A DNA stretch of 64,000 nucleotides from Psammoneis japonica (lineage: Eukaryota): NCBI GenBank assembly GCA_008632985.1, contig QPGO01000026.1, forward strand, positions 248,001 through 312,000, written 5' to 3'. A program made the translations under genes and the position numbers. Below, piece after piece: positions 10,208-22,189 of the stretch (position 1 is the stretch's first letter; each line of letters begins with the position of its first letter). The notes beneath the pieces were generated by a model. It had not been told where the DNA came from and made no database searches. It was given only the letters and a program-made list of their open reading frames with translations.

Positions 10208-13200
10208 TGTGCCCTGTGCATGCACCAGGCGCTGAAAAAGCAGATGTGTTGCGACTTTGCCTTGTGAAAATTATGAGCCAGTTCATGAATGGAGAAAATG
10301 GAATCGCGCAAAAGGGAATCTTGCCAAGTTCCTGTTCGCTCACATTTTGGATTGCATCAATCAATCATGCACTCGCATCATGGATCGTGCAAATCACACC
10401 ATCACGCACCATGCACGAGTGATGTCATCATGTGGAATCACGCTGCTGTCGTGGGCCAGACGACAGGCTAGAGTGCTTCGCACAGTTGCTCTCCCAGCAT
10501 CATTCTGGAATTGCCTGAGACATGGAGCCATGCCCTCCTGTGGTCGTGCTTCCCAGGTGCGTGTTGGCAACACTGCATTGCCACGCACAAGAGGCTTGTG
10601 CACGGTCTCACCGTGTTGTCCAGTGACGGGGCATGCTGCACACTCCCCCATGATCAGGGCCGTCAAGTGACAGAATGTTTTGCTGGTGACAGGGTGAAAC
10701 CTGCCGTAGATTGCACGTGTCTGTCAGCGCTCTGTTCTGGATGCGCAACGTGCCGTTGTCATGTGCACGGACAACTCTGGCTGGTCCTGCACAACAGTCA
10801 GAACCGTGCTTAGAAGATTGTTCTTGTTTTACAAGCACCAATTGCCCTGCAGCATGTTTGCACTCCTTGCGGCTCTGATTCTCACGCTTGTTGTTTAAGT
10901 GGACAAGCTTCCACTTTCTGGTTTCTGTGTGCTTCCACTTAGCACGATGGGCAACAGACAAAACCGCATCATGTCCGAAGACCAATTGCACGGGGCTTGC
11001 ACGCGTGGTCGTGTGTGCCGTGGCTCTGACAGCGAAGGCCACTGTGGAGAGGATGCCACTCCACAGGTCATCTTCACCCAGCTCCATGTCTTGTGCTGAA
11101 AAGGAACGTGCCATGTCACCAAGTGTCTGGTGTGCACATTCCACTGTGGCACTCGCCTGTGGATTTTGCTTGCTTGTGGGTTTCTTCAGGATTCCATGGT
11201 CCTTTTTGATCATCTGGCAAAATTCTGCCACAAATTCTGTCCCACAGTCATAAACTACCTGGGTTGGCCACGGATGTCTGCACAGCCACGTTAGTTCCAT
11301 GATGTTTGCCATGATGACTGCGCATTTCGTAGACACTTCTTCAATCTCAAACCACCCGGTTGCCGGGTCAATCATGGTGACCGCCCACAATTGCAAAGTG
11401 TCCTTCCCGCATCTTTGAATTTTATGGGGCCCTGTCATGTCCATGCATGGAGTCTCCCATGGAATTAACTCAGCGACCTTTTCTGGCAGCTTCCCATGAC
11501 GCTGCACATTCGGCGTTTTGTCCTCTGGCATCGATCGCACTCAACGCACATAGAATGCACCGCAGACCTCATGCCAGGCCAGTGGAAGTGCTGGGCAATG
11601 GACATTTCTGCACGTGTCTAACCTGGATGACACAATGTCTCGTGGCACCATTCAATCAGCGGAACCTGCAATGACTGTGGTGCTGCGATTTTGTCCTTGT
11701 GACATGTCAACTGTCATGATGACCCTCCCCCATGATGCGCGTGAATGGAGCAGTCGGGTGAGTCCTTGGCTCGCGAGAGCAGGCGCTTGTCCTTTTGTTG
11801 TTCTTTTTGAATGCACTTGAAGCTAACAGGCAGAGACATGTCGTCTTGCGCATCTGCATTAAAGGCTTCATGCAAAGGATGACTCAATGGAGTGTCTTTT
11901 ACATCCAGATTGGCTTCGGAAGGCAAGCTCGGTGCTGGCCAAAGGCGACTAAGAGCGTCAGCAACCAGGTTGTGGGCACCCTTAACATGGCATAATTCGG
12001 GACCGCACTCTTCGCATGTTGGCCACCAGCGCATGATGCACTCGGCATTGAACACTTTGCAAATGAGATTTTTATGATCAGCACATGTAATCACACAATG
12101 ACCAAGGAGAATTGTTCGAAATTCTTTCAACATCACAATGGCGAGCAATTCTCTCTCCATTGTTGCACAATTTAATTGCGCACCATCAAGCTTTCTGCTG
12201 TAAAAGGCGATGGGTTCATTGTCTTGGGACATGACCGCTCCCAATTGACATTTAGAGGCATCGGCATGCAACTCAAAGGGTTCATTAAAATCAGGATGTG
12301 ACAACAAAACATCATCCGACATTGCCCGTTTAACGGTTTCGAACGCCTCGTCTTCAACGGACGTCCACTCCCACTTAAGACGGGTTCCAATCCCAGGTGG
12401 GACTTTTTGTGACATTGGGGCCGTAGAATTCTACGTGCGAGCTCCGCAGCAAAATTGTCAAGCAATGAAAACATGAATGATCGCCAACAGAAATAGAGGC
12501 AATTTTGCGAACGTGTCTCCTCCTCCAAACTTGAAGTGCGTTGTTTGTGGTCTGCCCGGGTGCATTCTTTAGATGTTAAAGAACACACCCAGTGCATGTT
12601 TGTTGTCACAAATGTAGAAAACAGAAAGCCTTTGGCATCGCAAAAGAGGCAGTGTGGAACAATTTTTTACAATGGAACACGCAGAAATGCACGTGCAAAA
12701 CATGCGACGGATGACAAAAAATGACATTGTCACAGTCCAGCAGTGCAAGGTCCCACCTAGAGCTGGAACGCGTCTTAACAGTTTCACTTGCGAGTCGTGT
12801 TGGCGGAGCCAAGACTTCAGAACATCTAATCCATGTGTCGCGGCAGCAGTTCACCATGCCAACAAATGATCGCAGGTCGCGTTTGTTGGCTGGGGTTGCA
12901 ATTCTCTTGATGGCGTCGACTTTATTGGGTGTTGGTTGCATTCCGTCTCTGTTGACCAGACAACCCAAGTGTTCTAATTGGGTTTGACAGAAGTGAGATT
13001 TAGTTGCGTTAACTTTTAGTCCTGCTTTCTGGACCCTCAATGACACTTCTTCAAGTTTGTTGAGGTGATCTTCACAGGTGCCTTTCATCACAACGAGAAG
13101 GTCATCTAAAAGTGCGCTTGAATGAATGATGGATCTTCAAACAAGCCTGACATGCGTTCTTGGAAAATGTCTGGCAAACTGCACAACCCCATGGGCAATG

Positions 13201-15909
13201 CCTGCATCTCATGCTTGCCCCACAGGAAGATGAGCGTGCACAGCTTTTTGCCATCAGCATCCAATCGGATGTGACAATGGCCCATGTTTAAATCCAGAGA
13301 TGCAGCCCACATGAAGCCTTTGAGCTTAAGTGGCATGTCTTGGACATGAGGAATGGGATGAGGCAATCGCTTGATCCATTTGTTCAGCTCTCTGAAACAA
13401 TTGACAAATCGCACTGTCAAATCTTTCTTCAGCATGACAAATGATGGAGCTGCCCACTGGGATCGGTTGGCACGTTTAAGAACACCGACACGCACCAGGT
13501 GCTCCACTTCTTGCACAGCGTAGGCTCGCACACACAAGGCACTTTATGCGGATGAGCGTGGTGTGGCTCTGCGCCCTCCTCAAGTTGGATGTGGCAGGGT
13601 TCTCCTTCCACTCTCCTGACGTTCCATCAAACAAGGACTCATGGCGTTTCAACAGTGCCAAAAGGTCATTTCGTTGAACAACAGAAAGTCCTGTTGCCCC
13701 TCGCGTCATGTCCTTGAGGCATGCTGGCGCACACTTAGCGTCTGAGACACGCGAAATCCAGTCGGTTTCCAAAGACAAGGCTTCTGGATCTTGAAGATAG
13801 AAGGAGGTTTCTGCTGTGGCATCTGCGTGCCTCATTGGCACTTCTCCATTTGCTGGTGGCCACTCTGTCATCTGTTTAGAGAAGACAATGTCAACACCTT
13901 GTGTCTCCAGAATGTCACGTCCAACAATCATGTCGCACTTGCCCAACTTTCCATTGTGTGCGTGGACGGCATGCTCAAGTTCTGCAGTTTCAGACAATTC
14001 TGGCAACCGGAATTTAACGGCGCAGTTGTTGGCCACACCAAACGAGCCTGCCACCGTAGCCCAGTTTGTCTCAGCTGTTGAACGGCTTTGCAAACGCTTG
14101 CAGCATCGACCATCTGGTAGAGTGCTGCTGGCGCTGCTGTCCAGCAGTGCCTTAATTGTCGGAGTCTTGCCCCAGCCATGCTTGGCATTCACAGCCATAA
14201 ACAAGATTGGAGCAAGATGAGTCTTTTTAACTTGTTTGCAGGATTGGCCTACAACACGTGTACAATGGCAATTCAGTTGTTCATTTGCACATTCATCCAA
14301 TGTGTTAAAACTGCCTGTGTCATGTCGGCCCCCTTCTCAGGCATCTGAGTCTTCGGAATCACTTAAGTTGAGGTCGCGGAAGTGATCAAGCTCCTCCTCG
14401 CGTGCCTTGCACTTTTTCTGAGCGTTGGCGAAGCACTCCTAGATCTTTGATCCGATGATGGCATTGATGTCTTCCTCATTCTGAGGTTTTTTGTTGGGCT
14501 TGCTGCCTCCGTTGCAAGAATGTCCAGTCTTGACACGTTTCACGTGGTGCTTGAGCTGACGGCAATCCTCCGTGTGATGTCCACAGTTGGTCCCGTGGAG
14601 CATGCACGACTTCTGGGTGTTCTTCTGGTTTGTGATCAACGACTCAGAATTGTCCGTTCTATGGCCCCGCTTGCGTGGGACCTTGGTGTGTTGGTCCAGG
14701 TTACCTTCGGCGGACTCGACCTGCTCGATGCGCTCGCAGAATTGTACAAACTCGGCTGCAGCATGAGCCAACGGGTCAAAATTCTGTAGCATCATGAACT
14801 TCTGCTGCCACGCATTTGGCACGCCGCACTCGAACATGTCACACAGTTTGTCATTGGGTGATGGTGCCGGTGCATCTCTGCCCTCCGTCACGGGTGGAAA
14901 CTGAGAGAGACAGCCGTTAATTTCAACAGCCCTCGCAACACAGTCACGAGCAGAGACCTCTGCGGGTTTGCGCATGAAGCGCCTTAAATGACGCTTCTGC
15001 AACAGCACCGCCCTGTGTGGGAAGATACTTTCCTTTAGCTTCGCAACGCATGCTGCACACGCAGCGTTGGTTTCGGATGCCTGCATGTCAGCGGCATTTT
15101 TGAATGTTGTCAGAGCATTGCCCTGAAGAAGATCACGCATGAGTGCATGTTTCGCTGGCCCGGTTGTCATGTTTTGCCCCTCGTGCATGCGATCCAAGTT
15201 GCACAAAAAGATCAAGAGTTGCTTGCATGTTGCCGCAGAAAGGTGCGGCATGCCCATCTCATGCGTTGGACTGTCAGGATCAGCAGGATCATCATGCAGC
15301 TTGAACGTCTGGTGCTCACCCTGCTGGAGCTCTTTCTTCTCCGGCCGTGCAAATGGAGTCGGCGGCTTGATCCGCTTCTTCATGGTCGTTTTGAGATTTG
15401 TCGGTCCCGCCAACATTTCGCAGTTTCGTTTCTGCAGATTTTGTCACCTCACACAATGTGCGGGAGTGATGTTGCTGTGCCCCATGCATGTGCCAGGCGC
15501 TGAAAAAGCAGATGTGTCACGACTTTGTCGTTGTGGAAATTGTGAGCCAGTTCATGTGTAGAGAAAATGGAATCATGCGAAAGGGAATCTTGCCAAATTC
15601 CCATTCGTTCGCATTTTGGATTGCATCAATCGATCGTGCATTTGCATTGTGGATCATGCAAATCATGCCATCACGCGCCATGCACGAGTGATCTCATCGT
15701 GTGGAATCATGCTGCCGTCGTGGGCCGGACGACGGGCTAGAGTGCTTCACACGGTTGCTCTCCTAGCGTCCTTCTGGAATTGCCTGAGACATGGAGCCAT
15801 GCCCTCCTGTGGTCATGCTTCCCAGGTGCGTGTTGGCAATGCTGCGTTGCCATGTGCAAGAGGCTCATGCACGGTCTCGCCGTGTTGTCCAGCAACGGGA
15901 CATGCTGCA
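10208..15909 (-). mobile_element. Hypermutated Ty3/Gypsy LTR retrotransposon
   Basis: LTRs 10208-10640 and 15476-15909. Minus-strand gag 14439-15416, protease ALLDSSASS, RT (WAAPSF, LDLNMGHCHI, LPMGL), RNase H (HADASK, AFYSRKL, ADALSR), integrase (NPQASATVE), PPT GGGGGAG. Tyr codons largely replaced by His/Cys. Confidence 0.93.
12378..12775. mobile_element. MITE with AGAC...GTCT TIRs inserted in the Gypsy RT (partly mutated)
   Basis: Imperfect ~27-bp TIRs. Removing it and one TA copy restores ASETVKWEWT in frame. Same ends as 38203-39000. Confidence 0.88.
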
Positions 15910-16115
15910 TTTGTTCAGGTGGGTTGCCCCCTCTCTCCACCTCCTTGCACTGACAACTGCTCCTGCTTGCAGTGGCAGAACCTCATCCAGCACATTGTGG
16001 AACTCTTTCAAAGGAGGCTCCTGTCACACAAGCTTGTGTTTTTGCGACGGTGACCCGTCCCAAGGAAGATGGCAAAGATTCTTCTGACAATGGCGTCAAT
16101 GAATGAGAGATGTTT
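15910..16115 (+). pseudogene. TA-free remnant paralogous to the C-terminus of gene 16600-18807
   Basis: FVQV..LQWQNLIQHI..TQA.V..VTRP..NE versus FVEV..WQWQNLVQHV..TQARV..LTRP..NE. Confidence 0.75.
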
Positions 16116-16599
16116 GCAGTTGAAACACCCTTCTTGCAACGTCCAATTGTTCTCTCCCAAGTGACTCGCACCACCTGAATTTTATCCTCTGCTAGCTAGA
16201 GTAGCTAGCTGGCAGCTGCTAGGGCCTGCTCTAGCTCTAGTAGAGATCCGAGAAGAGTTGAGTCTCGTGAAACTGTGGCTCACCAGCCAAGACTCACTTG
16301 CGGCGGATAAGATCAATTCATAGGACTATTTCTACGTAGAAATGCCGTAGAATGGAAGCTTCAACTTCACGCCAAAAACGCGAAGTTGAAAGTCCGTGCG
16401 CGCGTCGCGAGGATATCCTCATTAGTTTTGTTCTTTGGAAGAGTCGTCATATCGCTCTCAAGACTGCAATCAAACGATCCAAATGCTAACAAGCCTCTCA
16501 TACAACCGTCTTATACCTGTTTGAAGCCATAGCGAGACTTCGTTTCGTCAAAGAAAGAGGAATAATCCATCGCAGCGCACAAACCTACCGCGAGAGAGC

Positions 16600-18807
16600 A
16601 TGAGTGAACCCACATCAGCCGCTCCGAGTCGTGCATTGGGTGATTGGGAGCGTTTCGTCGCAGAGTCCAATGGGATTGCGTCGGAAAGGGCAACTGCAAC
16701 AAGGCGTGAATCGTTTGGAGATATTGCACCCAACCAAAACCTTTCTCCACAAGATGCAACCTTTCTGCAGGCTGTACGAAATTCCGCACCGAGTCATCCA
16801 GACGAGTTTAGTCACTCGGATGATGATGAACGATATGATGGTGCGAATCGTTTTCAACAGGAATCAAACCAAAGAGATATCGCCGAAATCGCTACCAATT
16901 GGCGTTATCGAAGGCTTGCTCGTACGATTCATCACGTTCCGGACGACATCGCTGTTGAACACAGCGATGCTGTGCTTGCTGGTACGATTCGTCAGGTCCC
17001 GAAAGCTGCTGATGAAGAAAGTGCTGCGAATCGTTCTCAGGAAGAATCGACCAAAAGAGATGCCGACAAAATTGCTGGTAATTGGCGTTCGTGGGTGGAA
17101 ACTAGCGAGAAATATCCAGAGCTTGCTAGTACGATTCATCATGTCCCAGAGGTTGATGAAGAAGAAAGTGATGCTGTGCTTGGAGTGGCATTGTACAATT
17201 ACGAGGCATTTTACAACATGGAACACGGAACTGCTAATATTTGCATGCTACAGTGCTCCTCGGCAGGTATTAGTGGATGGGCATCCTGTGTGCTGAACGA
17301 GGAGCAGCCGCCGAGTCGTGCTTGCCAAGGCGACTCCAAGCAACCAGCCGCTGAGAACATTGAATCGTCAAACGCCAAAGAATCTTTCAATGTCAACACC
17401 AATGACAGAGAGGAGGTCCAAAAAATTGAAACAAACATTGTCACAAGCCCCAGTCGCAGAACAAAGGGCAAAGAGGAAGAAGACAAGGAACTCCAGGTTG
17501 CTCTGTTACGATCCATGGGCGTCAGTGCTGAACTTGATCGACGTAGTAGCAACGTCTCGAACGATTCTAGCACTGTCCAGTATGAAATCGAGGATGATGA
17601 CATTGACGATGAGGAGCTCTACTACTTTGATAGCCACAGCGATGCCTGGGCTATACCGAAGAAGGATGGGAAATCGAGTGAAGAAGGCAATAGAGTGACT
17701 AAGTCAGCTACTGTGACTAGCAGACACGATGAAGAGAGCGAAGCAAATACGAAGGAAACCAAGAGAGAAGAGTTGAAGCTAGGCTACGATTGTTCCCTGA
17801 AGATTGAAGATGTGACCACGGACTCTCCGCCTTCACCGTCTCCTCCACCTCCTACTAACCGTTTTGCTTCTGCAGAGGCAAAGAGAGAATCTATTATTCA
17901 GGATACCAAGACTGACGATAAGAAGCCACCTTTTGGTTCTTCCGAGAGCAAAGCAAATGCGAAGAAAACCAAGAGAGAAGAGTTGAAGCTAGGCTACGAT
18001 TGTTACCTGAAGACTGAAGATGTGACCCCGGACTCTCCGCCTTCTCCATCTCCTCCACCTCCTACTGCCCGTTTCGCTGCTGCAGACAACAGACAAGATG
18101 CAAAGAGCGAATCCAATGCTCAGGAAACCAAGACTGACGAGAAGAAGCCAATTTCTGGTTTTTCCCATAATGCTAACAAAACCCCTGTTTCCTTTCCTTC
18201 CCCCGTCACTGTCGAGACCAACACCATGCAAATTGAAGAGAGCCAAGCAAAGGAGGAAACAAAGATAGAAGAGAAGAAGCTAGCTCGTGATGGTTCCTCC
18301 AAGCAGACTGACGAGACGTCACCCGCTTTTGCGGCCGTGGATCCTTTAACGTCCAGTGAGCACACGACAGAGACTACAAGCGAATCGACTGAAGAGCATA
18401 TGGTCCCAAGCATTGAAGCCAGTGCCACGTCCTTGAAATCGGTCGAGCTGTCGCCTCCAAAGCCCATTAGAAGCATGATGGGTGCCGGTGAAGACATGAA
18501 CGATCATGTCCAAGACCTACCAAACAATCACAGCGACTTGTCTGACAGTAGCTATGTTGCTGTTTGCGACACTGCTTCCTCAAACGAAGAGCAAGATGGC
18601 TTTGTCGAAGTGGAGCCGCCCAACTGTCCACCGCGAAGCAGTGTCAACCGTTCCAGGTGGCAGTGGCAGAACCTCGTTCAGCATGTTACGGCAGGATTGG
18701 CCAAGGAAGCTTCCTTTACACAAGCCAGAGTTTCCGATACCTTGACCCGTCCCAATAAGGACAACGATTCGGACGAGGATGCCAATGAATATGACCTTTG
18801 TGATTAG
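16600..18807 (+). CDS. Acidic, largely disordered protein with internal repeats, a UIM-like motif and LIR/AIM-like motifs
   Basis: 735-aa ORF with normal composition. Repeats TIHHVP..SDAVL (x2) and KREELKLGYDC..DSPPSPSPPPPT (x2). EEEDKELQVALLRSM. Confidence 0.8.
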   Translation: MSEPTSAAPSRALGDWERFVAESNGIASERATATRRESFGDIAPNQNLSPQDATFLQAVRNSAPSHPDEFSHSDDDERYDGANRFQQESNQRDIAEIATNWRYRRLARTIHHVPDDIAVEHSDAVLAGTIRQVPKAADEESAANRSQEESTKRDADKIAGNWRSWVETSEKYPELASTIHHVPEVDEEESDAVLGVALYNYEAFYNMEHGTANICMLQCSSAGISGWASCVLNEEQPPSRACQGDSKQPAAENIESSNAKESFNVNTNDREEVQKIETNIVTSPSRRTKGKEEEDKELQVALLRSMGVSAELDRRSSNVSNDSSTVQYEIEDDDIDDEELYYFDSHSDAWAIPKKDGKSSEEGNRVTKSATVTSRHDEESEANTKETKREELKLGYDCSLKIEDVTTDSPPSPSPPPPTNRFASAEAKRESIIQDTKTDDKKPPFGSSESKANAKKTKREELKLGYDCYLKTEDVTPDSPPSPSPPPPTARFAAADNRQDAKSESNAQETKTDEKKPISGFSHNANKTPVSFPSPVTVETNTMQIEESQAKEETKIEEKKLARDGSSKQTDETSPAFAAVDPLTSSEHTTETTSESTEEHMVPSIEASATSLKSVELSPPKPIRSMMGAGEDMNDHVQDLPNNHSDLSDSSYVAVCDTASSNEEQDGFVEVEPPNCPPRSSVNRSRWQWQNLVQHVTAGLAKEASFTQARVSDTLTRPNKDNDSDEDANEYDLCD

Positions 18808-19223
18808 AATCCGTGTGGGAGAAGGAGCTGCACGGTATATTGCGTGATGTATTTTCTGATTTCTTCAGCAATGGCTTGAAGCGTTCAAGCTCATGATCTG
18901 CTCCGTTCTTTCTGGTAGGGTTATCATTTAGAAGAGAACGCCGTGCACGGTGCCAATTTCTCTATTTTTAATTCTATATCTTAAACGTCTAAGTAAGAAG
19001 GCAATATAGAATGTATATGATCTTCTCGACTCCCTGCCATTCCTTTCATAGATGCTATGAACTACCACGTCTTGCTGAAATCCAACTTGAAGTTCGTTGC
19101 TTTCGCTCAGTCTCGTACACCCACTTCTTCTTCTTCTATATCAAGGTAGCCGAGGTTTTCAACTCAAATCAGATTAACTTTCAGTTGGCATGAAAATCCG
19201 TTTCAAGTACTTCTAGCAACATC

Positions 19224-19958
19224 CTAAGTAACAAGCCAAAGGACAATACTAGTCATGACTATCATCACTTTTGCTGCTGTGGACAACCACGCGGTCGTCC
19301 ATGCCGAGGAACAATCAACATTGTTTGCGCATGCGACTCCATTTCCGCTTTGTTGGTCCACACTTGGTGCAATATGCAGCCACTCATTTCCATAGGTACA
19401 ATTCTCGAGGGGAGTTGTAGCAAACTTAAAGCATAGGTTTGCATCATTCATGACGCAGATACCCACACACCACGGCGGATTAGAATCGGATCCGGTTGTG
19501 GGGAATTGTGCAATACTGTCCATTTCGTCCTCAATCTCGTACAAATTGTTGGATCCCTTGTACTCGGTTGAAGCAAAGGTTGGACAAAGCGTTCTGCATG
19601 CAATTCTGGAACATACCGCAATTTCGTTGGCACGGCTGTCGGATAAAACCACAGTAGCATCACCAAGGCTTGTATTGGCAAAGCTTTCGTTGTGGTAGGA
19701 ATCAAACGTGTAAAACATGCTTCCGCTGCTACTCAACAGATTGCATGACTTTTGTTTAAAGGTGGTGACGCTGCAATTTTCTTGCTCGAGAAATTGAATA
19801 TCCACCACTTTGCCTTCTCGTACAATGTCAAAGGTACTCGTTGTATCGGACGAAAGGAGATTGAGGCGAGTATCTTGACGAACGAGCGCAAAATCGCAAG
19901 AGACGAGACTCGTGTGAACAGTGAATAGCAACACAAACATTAAACACAATGATGTCAT
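19224..19958 (-). CDS. Putative secreted, membrane- or GPI-anchored Cys-rich protein
   Basis: Signal-peptide-like MTSLCLMFVLLFTVHTSLVSC, many Cys, hydrophobic C-terminus, normal Tyr content. Confidence 0.7.
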   Translation of the reverse strand: MTSLCLMFVLLFTVHTSLVSCDFALVRQDTRLNLLSSDTTSTFDIVREGKVVDIQFLEQENCSVTTFKQKSCNLLSSSGSMFYTFDSYHNESFANTSLGDATVVLSDSRANEIAVCSRIACRTLCPTFASTEYKGSNNLYEIEDEMDSIAQFPTTGSDSNPPWCVGICVMNDANLCFKFATTPLENCTYGNEWLHIAPSVDQQSGNGVACANNVDCSSAWTTAWLSTAAKVMIVMTSIVLWLVT

Positions 19959-22189
19959 GATGACAGTGATGGCAACAATGGTCTTGGAAAAAGAAAAGAG
20001 TTTTGGCGATGAGGACAATAAGTCGTGTCAAAACACATCAAGACAACCGCGATGAACGCCATCTTTTCTGCCTTCTGCCTTATCTGCTCCTTCTGCTTTC
20101 TGGCTGGGTCCCGAGTCAGTTTATTGCGTCAGTCCCGAGTTTCAATTTTATCGTCGTCCAACTGCTTTTCTGTCCGCGATGCGAATGAACCGACCGACCA
20201 AAAGACGGCAGCAGAATCATTGCGCTGCGGTGACCAGTGCATCTTCAAAAGATCCACCAGTTGCACACACTGCAGTTCCCTTGATGACACCTTTCAACAG
20301 TGGTGTGATCGGGGGTTCCAAGTTGTGTGGTGGTGTGGTGTGGCACCACTTCTTGAACTCTGGAGGTGTTGGGCTCTGTTGGGAGAATCTCACATGTCCC
20401 CACTGGGGTGATTTGTTGGTCCATTTCTTCAACTTGTGTGGGTGGATCATCATTGAGAAGTGTGGTGGCAATGTTTGTGCAAAATGGCGGTGTTGCTTTC
20501 TTTGGCATCATCGAGCTTGGGGAAGAACTGAGCACGTGTGTGGCGCCTTCAATCTGTTCATGCACTCTGCCCTCGTGTGTTCAGAGCATCTCCACACCTG
20601 CTCCTTTGCATCCACTGTCCACCTGCCTGGGGTTCTTCCCAGCTTTGGCATGGTGTTCCATCCTGTGAGAAGGCAGCAAGTGGTCAGTGCTTCCTGCAAC
20701 AACAACTTCCAGCTGGCATTTGATGGGAACCCTGCCTTCGGCCACTCACATGGGCTTGCACATTTTTTGTGAGCAGATTCCATCCATCCCTGGATGTGAC
20801 ATTGGAGATGTGCAATGGATTAATCCACAGTCTGTGTGGGTCTCCATTAAGAAGGAGTCTTCTTCACATTGCACTGGAACGTGCATTTTTGTCGGGAGAC
20901 ACCAGCTCAACTTGACAAGACAGACAGAACTCCTGCAAAGATTTGGCCCATGTCCTGGTGACCAGTGGCACCATTTTCTTGCAGTCCAACTGATGTGCTT
21001 GCCCTGGCACTCCCAGCTCCAGAGCTGCACCAACTCATGCTCTGCAGCCATTTCATGTCCCATCACAAGAGGGCATGTCTCATCCTTCTTGCGAAAATGT
21101 GGTTTTCAACCTCCTGCTCATCATCTCTCCCCTTGTTGACATCCTTTTCTCTTGCTTGATCTTCTTGGATGTGGTGTTTGCCTTGTCAGCTTCAGCACAT
21201 GTGTTCTTTTTTTCTTCTTTGCCGCTGTCGTCAGGGGCAGGGGCATCAACGTGCACTTGCAGCACAGCTTGCTGTTTTCTTTTTTTCCCCTTTTTTGGCA
21301 GCAAGGACCAGAGGCAGCTTGAGTCTCAACTCATGTGCTCTTTTGGCCAGATGCTTCACATGCATTTGATTGGAGCTTCCATGATTGCCCACATTCTTGT
21401 TCATGTTGTTGTCATCCAATGGGGCCAGCGGGTTTGGGAGGTGATGTCACTTTGTGCTTTGTGCTGTGCTGCTAAAAAAATCACCCAAATTCAAACAAAT
21501 CTGCTGTGATTGAATTTTTCCCTCAGTTGCTGCATGAGCACAAAAGAACAGCAGTGGCCATCACATTGAAAATGCCCAAATTTCAGCAATGAGAGAGAAA
21601 ATTTCCACAATTAATTTTTCACCCAATGTGACATTTCCAGCTTTGTGAAGCAATTTGTTCTGTGCCAATGAGCAGGCTGCAGAAGAATGACTCCAGTTGC
21701 CACATGATGTGGGCCCATCAAGACATTTGCTGCCAGCAGTTCAGACACTCTTGAAGCAGTGTCTGTAGCCAAAACAACACCAGTGCACAATCCAAAACTT
21801 TGAACAGGGCCAAAGATGCAGCAGAAATTGTCACAAGAAGCTGCTTTTTCCTGGTGTGTTGATGGACATTGAACAAGCACAGCCCTTCATTTTGGGAGTG
21901 CATCTCAGTCTCTCAATCATGGCACAGCAGGCAGCCAGCTGGCAGCAATGACAGCAAATGGTTTGAATTGCACTGCTTTGTTGGTTTGTGACAGCCCTGT
22001 TGTTGGCAGCACTTCTTCTTGCCACCACAAATCAAGTGTGGCAGGTCCAGTTTCATTGACCCTCTCTGCTGCACCCTTTTCCTCATGTCCATTTTCAGCT
22101 GTGACATGTGCTCCAGCTCTGGGTGGCACTGTCTGTGTGACATGTTTGCACTGCAGAATTCTGTGTGCATGCTCTCTGCAGCTCATGCT

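Noticed and set aside
9727..16180. Classical RIP or simple CpG decay as the explanation
   Set aside because: Both are C->T. RIP creates TpA and CpG decay cannot delete it, whereas here TpA is lost and Tyr becomes Cys/His.
20746..21066. HTD motif as a TET/JBP-like dioxygenase or candidate mutator enzyme
   Set aside because: His residues are unreliable in TA-mutated DNA and no other supporting motifs are present.
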